Part shown: positions 12,551 through 25,884 of the stretch, in pieces
Layout of the letters: each line of letters opens with the position of its first letter
Numbering within the stretch: position 1 is the stretch's first letter
Assembly (NCBI RefSeq): GCF_018350175.1
Contig: NC_058368.1
Span: 155,808,001-155,872,000, forward strand
Reading direction: 5' to 3'
DNA from: Felis catus
Lineage: Eukaryota
DNA: 64,000 nt
Made by a program: the position numbers and the translations under genes
The notes under the pieces: model-generated
What the model was told of the DNA's origin: nothing
What the model saw: only the letters and a program-made list of their open reading frames with translations
Databases searched by the model: none

Positions 12551-13852
12551 TACAGATATGAGCATCATGAAGCACACAATGTAACAGATCAACACCAGTC
12601 ATGCCAATTCTTCTCTCTCCTAAAAAACTGTTTCTCTTGTATGCTGCAACAAAATGCTTAAATAAAATGATCCACGTGAAGAGTAACAATAAAACTTCTA
12701 ATAAGCAAGCTCTAATAGACTCCTCTGGATAAATGAACTAATTCACCTAATTTACTTATCATAAAATACAAATACTTAAGAAATTACTAGGTCAATATTT
12801 TAAATTGCTTAATATAGGAGTGACTGCCTCAAAATACATTTCCCTTTTACAACTGACTCACTGTTTTAAATTTGTTAATTTACTGTTCTAAGTGCTTTCT
12901 ACACAACCCAATTTTTTTTTCTCTAAAGTGAACACTGAAAATTGCCTTGGATGGGCGATAATGAAGAAGCAACACCATTTATTAATTTTGTATAAGTTAT
13001 CCTCCACCCATGAGATTCCTTGGAGGGGAAGAAGATGTCTGAATTTTACCATATAGTGCCACAGGCAGAAAATGAGAGAAACCAAAACAAATGCATCCTG
13101 GAGTGAGATAAACTGCCTGCAGCAGCGAATGACCTACTACATACCTTTCCATACAGGCTTTGATGTCATAATTGGTTAATTTCCAGGAAAAAAAAGACAA
13201 TTACCAATAGTTTAAGTTTTTTCTGATAAAAGTGTTTAACTTCTTTAAGTTTTTGATCATAAACAATACACACTATTCAAAAGGGCAGTACCATTACAAT
13301 ACTAAGTAAATGTGCATCAAAACTCAATGGAAAGATATGTTAACTATCAGAAAATGCAAACTGAGAAGTACATCAAACTTTCCTTAAGAAAGTTTAGAAA
13401 TATTCTTGGCACGTGTTTCTCTGGATATATGTTCTCTTAAATATTTTTAAGACTAATTCATTATTAAAGAGAATTTTATTCAAACATGCAGCTCATGGTA
13501 TGAATAAGCAAGTACTCTTTTCCCAACAGAATTGACATGTCTTTCAAATAATAGTTTATTGGGAAAAAAAAACAAACCACTACTGGGTTAGGAATTTGGA
13601 ATTTTAACATATATATATACACATATGTATGTTTGTGTATATGGTTTAGTCACGAATATGTTTCAAAACATATCTATTTTTAATAATAAATAAATAAATT
13701 GATCTTTATTAAAGTGAGTTATTATTTAACATCCTATGTTCAAGCTGCACCAGAATATATAAATGCTTATACCTATAACTTCATATCTCAAATAGTGTCC
13801 TTATCTTTAACAAAGTTTCCACTCTCTTTATGTAATCATAAAGATAACAATT

Positions 13853-14067
13853 AAAAAAAATTTTAATGTTTATTTTTAAGAGAGAGAGACAGAGACAGAG
13901 TGTAAGCAGGCAAGGGGCAGAGAAAGAGGGAGCCACAGAATCTGAAGTAGGCTCCAGGTTTTGAGCTATCAGCACAGAGCCCTACGCAGGGCTTGAACCC
14001 ATGAACCATGAGATCGTGACATGAGCCGAAGTCGGACGCTTAACCGACTGAGCCACCCAGGTGCCTC
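13853..14067 (-). mobile_element. CanSINE (SINEC_Fc-like)
   Basis: gaagtcggacgcttaaccgactgagccacccaggtgcc; TSD cataaagataacaa/cataaagacaacaa. Confidence 0.95.
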
Positions 14068-14694
14068 ATAAAGACAACAAATTAATAGAATTGTTTTAAG
14101 AAAGCGTAAGGATCACAACTTAATAGAATTGTTTTAAAAGCTTCAGTCACACTATTAAATATGGTAAAACTGTGAAAATTATAATAAAAGCAATGGTCTT
14201 CATTATTAAAAGGAAAAGCAAAGTTGAATTGCTTAACAGTACTCTCCCTAATTTTCTTAATAAGTTTCTTTTGAAGAAATACTTATATTATTTATCATTA
14301 TCACTGTGTTACTGCAGAAATAAAAGGCCAAAGGAGAGCTTCTTAGAAATATTAACTTTCTCTATCAAGACTTCAGTTTTGATTTATAAAACAATAAATT
14401 GTGAAATAACTTACTTTCATTCAGAATTTAAATTATAGCACATATGTTCATTATAATTTAAACTCTAGGCAACAAAAAATAATAGTTTCCTCTGCTGTGC
14501 CATTTGTAGATGGCATACCTAACCTGAACTGGCTTAAATCCCTCAATCTTTTTTTTAATCTCACAATTGTATAAAATTAAATGTGAATGACCCTGAAACT
14601 ATCCATTTTTTTAAACTGTAGAATATATACTTAACACAATACTATTTTTGTGCTTTTTGTTAACATAATACAACTTGTTTTTTTTTTATTACTT

Positions 14695-14911
14695 AAAAAA
14701 ATTTTTTTAATGTTTATTTATTTTTGACAGAGAGACAGACAGAGCATGAGTGGAGGAGGGGCAGAGAGAGAGGGAGACACAGAATCTGAAACAGGCTCCA
14801 GGCTCTGAGCTGTCAGCACAGAGCCTGACGTGGGGCTTGAACTCATGGACAGCGAGATCATGACCTGAGCCGAAGTCGGACACTCAACTGACTGAACCAC
14901 CCAAGTGCCCC
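14695..14911 (-). mobile_element. CanSINE (SINEC_Fc-like)
   Basis: Full body; TSD tttttattactt on both sides. Confidence 0.95.
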
Positions 14912-15246
14912 TTTTTATTACTTTTTATTAACATAATACTATTTGTGCTTTTTAAAAAATTAATACTACTGGAAGCCCTCTTCCACAGCCTTCAGTCTTC
15001 ACGAGGCATATTCATCCTTTTATATTCATTTCATAAGGTACCATCTCCTTTTCAATAAGGATTATAAACACAAATCAGAAACATAGATTCTAAAAGATTG
15101 TTGTCATCTGAATGCATACCTGACAGTAAGAGATAACTCATTGTATTTATGTTTGGAGTAAACTGATAAGAGTTTATTTATTTTAAAATATAAAAAGTAC
15201 GTGATTCTAAATATATGAAGTATGCCAAAGTATTCCATCTAATTCT

Positions 15247-15447
15247 GTTTTAGATTTATTTTTGATAGACAGAGACAGAGCACAAGTGAGGGAGGGACAG
15301 AGAGAGAAGGAGACACAGAACTCGAAGCAGGCTCCAGGCTCCGAGCTGTCAGCACAGAGCCCGACGCTGGGCTCAAACTCACAAACTGTGAGATCATGAC
15401 CTGAGCCGAAGTCGGACGCTTAACCAACTGAGCCACCCAGGCGCCCC
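15247..15447 (-). mobile_element. CanSINE (SINEC_Fc-like)
   Basis: Perfect 13-bp TSD tccatctaattct at 15234-15246 and 15448-15460. Confidence 0.96.
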
Positions 15448-17959
15448 TCCATCTAATTCTTATAACACCTCACCACAAATCTGAAATAGTGATTTGTTTT
15501 ATGACCAGGAAAACAAGATTATATATTTTATGTAAAAAAAAAAAAAAAAGTTAAAGTATTAGCCTGTTAGTATCCAGAATTACTGTTGAAATCCAGTCTT
15601 AATTTTAAAAAGTTGTATTATAAATAAAAAAATAAGTAATTAATAACATATCCTTTTCATATTAAATCTTTAAGTCATAATGCTTATTAGTTACGATTTC
15701 TAATTTCATAAATAAAAATAGATAATTTATCTAGGAATTAATATTTTTAGGTATTAATATTTTAAAATATGCCTTTTATTTACATCACATAAACAGCTGA
15801 ATAAAATCATCACCAAAGAAGCATGCTACTGAACAACACCCCTGGAAACTAATAATTATTAATCCTTAAATTCACTTAACACTTTTTCTTCAAAAAATCA
15901 TATTTTACTGATTATTTAAATATAATTCATTTAACCCATATAATACATTTAAAAATATGTGAATATCCACACACATATAATGCAGTTAATCTAAAGCTTG
16001 GTGACTTAAACAGTGCAACCTGCACTTTCATAAACAACCTACCTTCCATAATTTACTGTCTCAATTATTTCAAGTAGCAGTTCAGACTATTTCCTACTCC
16101 TAAAAGCTGATATTCTTTTCATTTTAGTTCTTCTCCTCAAATTAAAGTAACTCAGGGGCTCAACTGATATACGGAAGTAATTAAGTTTTTAAAACCATGT
16201 TTAGGATAAATAAAAGTATAAAGCTAAAACCCAGAAGGAACCAAAAGTACAGTGAAAAATGCAAAGCTGACCTATCTCTGATCTTTTCTTGTTAAACCTA
16301 GGCTACTCAAGAATTGTCAGCTAATTATTTCATTTTATTGATGATATTTTTCTCTAGGGAAGTTCTTTTAAAAGTTTAACCCCGGAGCAAGTCATGGCTT
16401 CTCCAATCTTTGAAAGTGTCCAGAGCATTGATTATAACTGCAGGAGGTGTTACCTTCTACCCAGAGAATCTCACCCTGCACAATCTTACACACTCTCTCA
16501 CTCCCCAAACAGCTTTGATTCAGCAATTCAAACTGCTTCAGCTGATATTAAAGGAAGAACCACAGAAAAGGGATCAGCAGTTAAAACAGAATAAAAAGAG
16601 GGGAAAACACAGATCGCGGATATAGTAACACAAAGCTCAAGAGTAAAGCAGATTTGAAAAAGATATCAGAGTGACTCAAAAAAGAACAACATGACAGAAA
16701 TTAAACAAGTTTTTAATGTTTGCTTTCTATGCATTTAAACTCACCTCAACCTCCATTAAAATTCTGATCATACACAAACCCCAAGGCTTTTGACATACTT
16801 TCAAAACCCACACCCTCTCTTTCTGTCTCCAGAGTCACTTCTTAGGCAGCCAAGGGAGATTAAAAACAAACAAACAAAACAAAACCACACAACAGAATTC
16901 AAATGTGCATGTAATTGAGAAATAGAAAGACCAAGTCAAAATGAAATTATAATTATGACCAATAATTTTTCAAGTAAAAATGGTGCCTAATCATTTTAAA
17001 CATCCAGTATTTTTTTCTCTTGCACTTAGTGAAAAGGCCTAGGTCTACTTTAAAAGTTATTCGATGTCAGGTATAAATATAGGTTGAAAACAAATATTAA
17101 GGATAAGAGGCCTTGCAGTATTTTTCTTGAGATGATGTAAGAATATCAAGATGCTCTATGCTGTTACACCTTGCTCTCTACTTGACTACAGAAACAGCTT
17201 CAGTGTATGCTTAATTAGTTAATTAGTTCAGTACTAGGGAACAATACAGATGCAAAGAGCTATCACAGAATGGCTATTCACATCTATCTCTGAAATAGTG
17301 ACCAAAATTCCAGAAGGTAATTGGATTTTCAAAACTGGATGTGGGTTTTTTTTCCCAATTCAGTCATGACAGGGCCAGAAGGTAATGATATATCTGCCAT
17401 GATGCAACAAGCAGACCTGTCTTCTGTCAAGAGTTGAAATCATAAAGGAATAAGCTGTCGTTAACAACGTCTCTCCAAACACTAGAGCTGTCATTCCATT
17501 GTTTTCTTTTGCTGGCATGGGGGCTAGTGTGGCCTCATATACCTTGTCAGTTCAGTAATGTGCTAAGCTTTTTTGACCTTTTCTGGAATTTCTGACTTAA
17601 ACAATATTTTATGAAGTATATAATGTAATAGCTTATATTTTCTTTGATTAATATGTAGTTTCTCTCAAAGTTTACTCTTAAAATTTGGAATTAGTGTTCT
17701 TGGTTTCAACCTATAATTTAATAGACCATATTTCAAATAAGAAAAAAAATCCGCAGTTATGTTTTTAAAGTTTGAAATTAAATTTCAGGGGTCTAAATTT
17801 AGCCAGTCTTTATGGGTAAAAAAATCAATAATTATTTTAAAAAGCTGCGTTCAGTTTTGTAATGTAACATTTAAGTTGTTTTAGAAATAGTTAAGGGATA
17901 GTTAAGTGATAATATATACAGTTAATAATAGTTAAGTGATAATAGTACTACAGTATATT

Positions 17960-18620
17960 TCATGAATATTACTTACAATTTTTAAAAATTTTGTCTTTAA
18001 AATTATTAAAGTAATACCTGCTTAAAGTAAAATAAAAAAAAAAACAAAAAAAGAGAATTAAACATAAAAAATGAGTAAGTAAAAGCAAAAGAAGAAAATT
18101 CATAGTTTCTTGCCTAAGTTTCCTGGAACATCAATGTGTACCCCTGTATATAGAGAAGTGTACATGTATACATGTATAACTGTACTTTTTAACAAATGAT
18201 CTCATTCTTGTGTTTCCATCTGATTAACTCTTAGTTATCATCTTATATGAATTAACACATAAACTCACACATCTCATTCTTCTTAATAGGTATATAATTT
18301 TTAATTATATGAATATACCATTATTTAATCAAATAGTCCCTTAGTGGTGGATATTTCAGTGATTAGAAGTTTTTGTGCCATTACAAACTCCTTTGATGGG
18401 CATCCTTGTATGAATACTTTGTGTACTGCTCTAGTGTAAATTCCTATAAATGGAATTTAGGATCAAAGGTTAATAAGCACACTTAATTTCGGAAAATATA
18501 ACTAATTGCTTCAAATTACATTTCCAACAATATTCAAACTTGGTATTATCATACAATTTATTATCAATTTATCTGCCAATCTTAGATGTTGAAAAATAGC
18601 ATCTTATTTTAATAAGTGTT
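17960..18620 (-). mobile_element. Very old L1 (L1ME-like) 3' remnant
   Basis: tatgaatataccattatttaatc...tggtggatatttcag...aaattcctataaatggaatttaggatcaaagg resembles an antisense L1 3' end. Confidence 0.6.
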
Positions 18621-19649
18621 TAGTTCCACAAAGCTTTGAATGGCTTTTCAAAAAAAGCATCAAAGCCTCTAAGTCCTTTAAACAAAAACATATTTTAAAG
18701 CTCCAAACAATTTTCATGTTTTTGAGGTTTCTGAGACGTTAAGCATATATTATAAACTGTATCCTGCTATACTATATTCTGCTTGCACTATGTAAATACT
18801 AAGTAACATCCCAAAAGTTGCTGGATGTCATTGCTCCAGTTAAGAATAAAGCTATGCCCTGTATTGATAAAGTACTTCTTACTGCAGCAACAACCATTAG
18901 AATCCTGTTAAAATCTCCACGTCACCAACTTTGTAAATATTCATGTTAAAATAGTAAGACCTTGCAGTACCTAGGTGGAACAGTGAATTGAAGGCAGGAG
19001 TTAAGAAAGTGTTACCAAATTTAATTACTCAAATTACTGAGGAAAAAAACCCACCCTATTTTAGATAACTATCTATAATGGTTCCATGTTCATTTGTGGA
19101 AAAAAAAAATCCTAATACTGTAATCAATCAACTTTACAAAATGTGCCTGTCAAAAAAGGAGGGGATCCCAAATACACTAAGGAAAGAGGAATCAGAAGGT
19201 CAGAATAGAAGAGTTAAGTATAGCTTATTAAAAGGGAAGCAAGCAATTTAAATACTAGAAAGGTCTAAATCAACATTTAAAGTATGTAATTTATATCAAA
19301 CAATAGTTTATATATTCTTTAGTTTAGCTACCTTACAATCAATGATTTCAAAAAGAAAATCCTAAAACATTCCACTGTGATGAATATCACTACATAAGGA
19401 TATCATCTCCTAAGGTTTACAAAGAATACTGTTATAAAGAAAATTGCTTTAATGTTATTTGTTTTAAAAAAGTATGAGTTGTAAAGTGACTACCTGTCAC
19501 TGGAACAACAAGATAGATAAAAAAACATGTAATTAAAAAAGTATACTGAATTCTTTTGATTATCTCCATTTCTTCCACAAATCATACTAAAATATTAGTA
19601 AAAAAAAAAAAGAAGAAGGATGGTATTAAACAAATGAGACAAAACAAAT

Positions 19650-21380
19650 GAGTGTGGAGAGAACAGAGGACACAGATGTCGATAAATTTTTAGGAGACTG
19701 TAAGCTGATGGAACTGGATTGGTACTACAGAGGAAAGAAAAAAAAACAAAACAAAAAACAAAAATTTAAGTGCCTCCAGAGGGAGATCATGACTGGAAGA
19801 AAGTCAACTCATCCACAGAATTTCAGAAAAACTCAGAAATTTCGAGGTGCTTTTCTTAGAAAGTAGGGGTAGGCCTTGAGGCCAAAATCTGAGGCATTAC
19901 TTTTAATATCACCTAGGGTGCAATTACCACATTCCTTAACAAAGAAACAAACCAAAACCCCAAAAACCAGGTCATAATCTCACATTGTGCAGATAGCCCT
20001 ACAAGAAATCAAAGGTGTTTCCTTTTGAGACACATCCAGAAAAGGACTGAAAGGACAAACGACCACAGAAGGGGAGGAGAGAGACACAGAGCTCAAATCA
20101 AGTGTACTATGCAGAGGTCTGCAAAAATGATTCAAAAGAGAGCTCCATTCCAAAATATGATAGAACTTTAAAAATTCTATAGAAGGGCTAAAAGATAAAG
20201 TAGGTAACCTACTAAAACAAAATTAGGGCAAAAATAGATGGAAATAAGAGAGAAAGTATTAGCAACTCAATAAGACATTTACAGATTCAATCTGCAACTC
20301 CAAAACCAAGATACTAATTCTAGAAATAGAGAAAATTAAAATTACCAAGAAAAAACACAATAAATTTCCTAAGGATTGAGAATCATCACGGGGGTATAGT
20401 ACAGATAGAAAGCAATCACCAAGTGCCCAAAACAATAAAAAACAAACAGACAAAACACCATAACATAGGAAATTTCTTAAAAGCAATAGGAGTGGCTTCT
20501 TGACACCAGGCAGAAGGAAAAGAATCTTCCACAGAGGGAGCAAAAGGATGCAATATCACAATGGTACGGGACTTTTCAATTAAAACACTGGAAGCTAAAA
20601 GACAATGAAAACAAAGCCTTCAAGTTTCAGAGTGAAAATGATTTTCAACTTGGAATTCTATGCCTCGCTGAGTTATCAAAATAAAGGGAACAAGTAAAAT
20701 AAAGACTTTTTTCCCCAGAAATACAAGGTTTTAGAAATTTATGTCGTATTCACTTTTTGACAGCTCCAACAAAATGAGGGCATATATCCAAAACGCTGGA
20801 GTCATTAGATCCAGGAGAGAGGAGGTCAAACATAAGAGAGAATCTGAGGGGAATCCCAGGAGGAGAGACAAGTAGACAGGCAGGCTTAGAAAGTGACCCA
20901 TCAAGACTGAAACACAAGTCCACAGGGTTCCAAAAGACAGGTCTCCAGAAGAAAAAACTATGAGATTCTCTGATAAGTCTGGCCCTGTAAAAACATTACT
21001 GAGAAGCCAATCAAGATCTCAATTAACAATTATTACAAAGAAAATTGAAAGGAAAGAAGTTATCAATTCCATGAAAAAAAACTTTAGCAAAAATGAAATG
21101 TAACCATAGTACCTATCTGGCTCAGCCATAAACAGTGTTGAAGTAAGAGTAATATTGCAAAGCCTGATTGCTGATTGAATCCAAAAACTGTGATGATGGG
21201 AAAGAGATTCCTGTGTACCATAAGTACACAAGACTAATATCAAGTGACTGATAAATCAAAAGAACAGCCTTATAATTTAAAAATATGGACATGGAACATA
21301 TAAGTAACTCCAAAACTACTGACAGACTATATCTAGGAACAGAATAAATGAGGAAGGATTAGCAAAGGATAATCACCATT
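19650..21380 (+). mobile_element. HAL1/L1ME-like ORF1-region remnant
   Basis: 20580-20740: aacactggaagctaaaagacaatg...gccttcaag...aaaatgattttcaacttggaattctatgcc...aataaagactttt resembles an ORF1p C-terminal region; outer boundaries uncertain. Confidence 0.5.
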
Positions 21381-21409
21381 TTGATATATGCCTTTTGATT
21401 TTACTTTAC

Positions 21410-21637
21410 TTATAATTTTTTTAAAGTTTATTTATTTTGAGAAAGAGAGCACATGTGAGTGGGGTGAGGGGCAGAAAGAGAGGAGAAAGAGAATACCAAG
21501 CAGGCTCCGTGTTGTCAGTGCAAGACCAGCGCTGAGCTACATACATGCAGGCTCAATCTCACAAACTGCAAAATTACAACCTGAGCTGAAATAAAGAGTT
21601 GGTTGCTTATTAACCAACTGAGCCACCCAAGCACCCC
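21410..21637 (-). mobile_element. CanSINE (older subfamily)
   Basis: Ends taaccaactgagccacccaagcacccc; gagaataccaagcaggctcc. Confidence 0.9.
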
Positions 21638-21982
21638 TTACCTGACTTTTAGATTACATGCATGGTAAAATTAAGTAATTATGGAAACATCAGATTCTTC
21701 TAAATAATCCAGCTATGAGAAATTAGGAAAATTTAGGCTTAGTGAAGTAATCAGACTTCTTAAAAAATTATTAAAATCAATAAACTTTGTCATGTTGAGT
21801 ACATCAGTTACATAGTATTTTGAAAGTATTCTTCATAATTTAAACTTTTATTTCTCTACTGATTTAATTATAAAACATTTTCTAGAACTTCTTACACTTT
21901 TACTAAATATAATCGCCATCAAGTTCTACCTCATCTGAAAATTATAAATTAACCTCAACCATCCAAAGAGTGTTACCTATAC

Positions 21983-22155
21983 CAGAGGTTTTAAAATTGT
22001 GCTCAGATTAGCAGCACACACATCACTGATATGGTCTTAGAAATGTAAATTCTCAGGCCCCAACCAGACCCTTCTGCATCAAAATCGGGTTTCGGGAAAA
22101 GGCAATTTGTGTTTCACCAGCCGTCCACGTGATTCTGATACATGGTAAAATTTGG
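21983..22155. mobile_element. MER5A-like hAT-Charlie MITE
   Basis: ttagaaatgtaaattctcaggccccaaccagacc...caatttgtgtttcaccagcc...gtgattctgatacatg. Confidence 0.7.
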
Positions 22156-22231
22156 CTCTATAGACTATTGGCTCCCAAACTACTCTCCATAAAACTTTTT
22201 GACAGTACATCTCAATTAGTCAAAGCGTGGA

Positions 22232-22346
22232 CAGGGAGAGATCAGAGAGGTGCCTAGGATGCAAAATTTAAGGAGGCACTCATCCTCGGGGTCCTACAAA
22301 TACTGCACAACCCTGACAGTGACTGACTCCTTAAATTCTGGACCCT
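22232..22346. mobile_element. MER91-like palindromic hAT-Tip100 MITE
   Basis: Inverted arms aatttaaggag (22265-22275) / ctccttaaatt (22327-22337); gcaaaatttaaggaggcactca as in the recalled MER91A. Confidence 0.7.
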
Positions 22347-23659
22347 TGTTCTATATCTGCAATTAGTAATTAAATGACTTCAAGTAATGTAATGACTTTA
22401 CTTTCCTTGCCCATTTTACAGAGACCAACTGAAATGCCTAGAAAGATCCACATAAGAAAAGATCAAAGAAGAAACACGTACGAGTAACTCTCAAACTGCA
22501 CAAACACTGAATAATTAGTACTTGGCTATATGATATACAGTTTCTTACTCCAAGTAATATGATATGCAATGAAGACTGTTAAACACTAAAAATATGAGCT
22601 ATGGTAACCTCAGAAGCTGTGGGGACAGTATCTGATATGTACTATTTCTCCAACATGAAATCTTAATAATTTTTTTACAATAAAGTTCTGACATATCTAA
22701 AATGCAAGGACTGGAATATCTGTTATTATTTTCAAACTGTGATCTATGGAGCCCTAGGGTTCAGGAAGAAATCTCAGGGGTCCTTATAGAAGTTTTCCAA
22801 TCCTCACCCCAGCTTCAACAAAAGTGGCTCCATAGATTTAAACCTATTTGTTGTTGTTGTAGTTGTTGTTAACAAAACAGTCCACTTAGAAGCAGGGTTT
22901 CACTGGTGGGAAAAAGTTTTAATCTTACAGTGCTATGACTTCAATCTTAGGACTGTAATCTTATCCTAAAAGTCTGTAAGGGATATAGCAGAAATTGTTT
23001 TTTACAGCTGTGAAAGCAGGAAAGCTTACTAATGCAAGAGTACACTCTACACTAGAGAGTGAGAGTGGGTGGGCTCGAGGAAGAGGTGCCATAGCAGAAA
23101 TATTATAAACCATACTAAGTAGAGATCATATTGTCTATCCTGAAAAATATCAGAATTTACTTCACTTGTAATATGAAAAACTGACAGATCATGAAGAAAG
23201 GAGTAGTGGCTTCCAGTCTTTTGTAAACTTTGGAAACATTTCTTTAAAAACGATTTTAGAAAAAAGTCCACAAAATAAAAACAAATAGAGCTGATCTGAC
23301 TAAAAGGTAAGGATGAAGTAGCTCTTCTCCTTCAAATTAGTCTTCCTGTGCTTGCTACCTAGAATACAACCCCTTTCCCTCCAGTCTCCTCCCGCCCCTC
23401 CCCCCCGACACTAGTCCTTAAAGAACTTGTGGAGAAATACCATGAAAAGGCAAAACCAGAGTAACAAATCACTTTATCTAGATTAATTAGATACCCATTT
23501 TTAAATATTTACCAGGTAGAAATTTACCACAATAAAGTTCATATTCAGGTTCTTAATATAAAACAAAAAGAAAAAAGTACATCAATTAAAATTTTCAAAG
23601 TACACAACATATAAATTCTAAATACACTAAATACTAAAGTACTTAGAAATCAGCTGGGG

Positions 23660-23720
23660 TTTTTTTTGTTTTTTTTTGTTTTTTTGTTTGTTTTGTTTTG
23701 TTTTTTGTTTGTTTGTTTTT
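23660..23720. repeat. T-rich (GTTT)n-like simple repeat
   Basis: Directly visible. Confidence 0.9.
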
Positions 23721-25397
23721 AAGGAATCATGAGTTCCTATTATTGGGAAAAGCAGAAAACAGTCAATGCAGTGAAATGCTGTTAGTCTCCAAACACTACA
23801 CTTCTTACAAGAACAAAATGACTGACGAGTCTAATGTTACCAACAAACTTCCTCCCTCTTGTTTGGGAAACCAACAGATAGCTTATTCACAGATGTTTGG
23901 CATGACTTACCATAGTCTTTCACCTTGAAAAATCTTACACAACAATAAAACTAGGAAAGGAAAGGCTTAGTTGATCTATTAGCAGGCCAATGTAATGACA
24001 TAAAATATTTCACTAAGCATTTATATGTACAAACACATCGAATTTTCTTTACTCAATTATATTTTCAAATATACAGTGAACTGTGATCACATTTCACATA
24101 AAATGTTCTCAAAACCACTGATAGGATCTCTTCTAACCAAAAACTAATGTGTCAGACAGAAAGGTAATTTCATGATTCATAACTAGAGATATAAATGTTT
24201 AAATAATACAATATTTTATGTCCTTCACCCTAAACTTTATTTTACTTAAATTCTACTATAGTTTACTTAAATAATACTAAAAAAGTACTGTTGAAGTTTG
24301 TAACCAATCAAAAGTAATGTCTTTTGTTCTCTGCATATCCATGAAGGCTGAAAAAACAATACACAATTAACCCAAGATATTCTACTTGAAGCATTTTAAG
24401 GGCCTTAAAATCTATTAATAAAAATAAAGTCCAGCTGGGCTGGGCCTTAATTTTATCATTTCAGAGGTAACAGAGCAGGAAACATATGTTTGACCTTTGC
24501 AATCATCAATGTTTCAAACAATTCCTCTCCCATTGTAATTACAAAAATGTAATAATGTAGCTCCTATAATGCATACATGTATACATATATTCCTAAATAA
24601 CTTTAAGTTCTTAAATTAAATGTTTTTCTACAAGATAGCACTTTCCTTTTTTCTGAAGAAAATCTCTATTCATATCTGAAAGAAACATATACTTTGCAAA
24701 ATTTGCCTGTTCACTGAAGAACTTAAGGAGACAGTTAAATAAAAAACAAACAAAAAAAAGCAGCCAAACATTAAGATGTAACAACGCTAGGTGAGAAAAA
24801 AACAATTTCACGACTATAGGAAAGAAAACCTTGAATACAGTTTTAAAATACCAGTTTCTGAAAAGGTAGAACTCAAATAAGAATAAAGTATTTCAGTAAA
24901 TATTTCAATTTACCATTTTACAGGTCTTTGTCTAATGCTTAAAGCATTTTATTTGTGAGCTCTGGTGTTTTTAAAAGAAATAACAAACACTGACTTATTC
25001 TAACTCTTCTTTTAAAGAATAAGAGATTAATTTCAAGTAGATTTCCTTTAGCTTCTAACTTAAGTAGGCAACGATTTCCAAAAGCCATCTTGGTATTTTT
25101 TATAAGTATTTTAAATAATACTGATAAGTATTTGATAATTAAAGTGATATATCACATAATAATAAATTTAGAATAAAAATATTCATCTCAAAGACATTAT
25201 CTACATTTGTGTACACTTAAGATACCATTTTTTCATTGTAACTGCAAAATAATACAGGATAATTTTTCACTACAAATAAAAAACAATTTAAAGATAGGAT
25301 TATGTTTAGAATGTACTTTTGAAGAGACAGGATAAAATAACTTATAATAAAACAGAGCTATAAAATGTCAAAAAAATATAAAAGAAATTGCACTTAC

Positions 25398-25589
25398 ATC
25401 CATAGCTCTCTTAATAAAAGGTATCTGTGTGCCACTGTCCAGATCTTCATTTATAATAAGCCTTCTAGCCCACTGACCTGCCCTGACAACACCACTACCA
25501 TGAATTAAAACCATCAGTTTCTGTGGATTTGTCAAAGCATCCTCACTCATAAAGATAAAACTCTTTGGTTCACTCTCAGTGGCATCTAC
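25398..25589 (-). CDS. FAM172A: FAM172A (ARB2A) internal coding exon, 192 nt, Arb2/alpha-beta-hydrolase-like region
   Basis: Acceptor ttttttaattacAG (AG at 25591-25590), donor GAT|GTAAGT (GT at 25397-25396). Translates [64 protein letters not shown] (64 codons), recognised as FAM172A. Overlaps track ORF 25368..25550. Confidence 0.96.
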
Positions 25590-25884
25590 CTGTAATTAAA
25601 AAAAATTAAGTAATAAATAAATGTTTTCTGATCAAGCAAAGGCATAAATGAGAAAACAACTCATAGCTACCATAAATTATAGAATGGCTATTCCAGAATT
25701 ATAAAAGTAAAAACCTTTAAAAAAATTAAAATATTCATTATTTATTAGAGATTAACAATTACACATGAAGTGGGTGAGCATAAAAGACATGACAGTAATA
25801 TGCAAACGAATATTTGAAATATATCTCTCTATATTATAGGTTTGGTATTATAATACAAATGAGAATAACTGATTTTTTTTTAAA

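Noticed and set aside
16394..16625. Two overlapping short + strand ORFs in unique sequence
   Set aside because: No recognisable protein similarity, poly(A)/TSD or exon structure; at most non-coding conserved DNA.
17886..17945. Repeated atagttaagtgataata units
   Set aside because: A short irregular AT-rich slippage repeat with no constant repeat-spacer structure; not CRISPR-like.
25368..25397. C-terminal VSAISFIFF* of track ORF 25368..25550
   Set aside because: Intron read-through beyond the GTAAGT donor. The ORF's Met is an internal codon of the exon.
25584..25592. AG|GTAGAT at the exon start, suggesting a recursive splice site or tandem acceptor
   Set aside because: The reconstituted donor CCA|GTAGAT is weak, and the GTA GAT bases are explained by coding Val-Asp.
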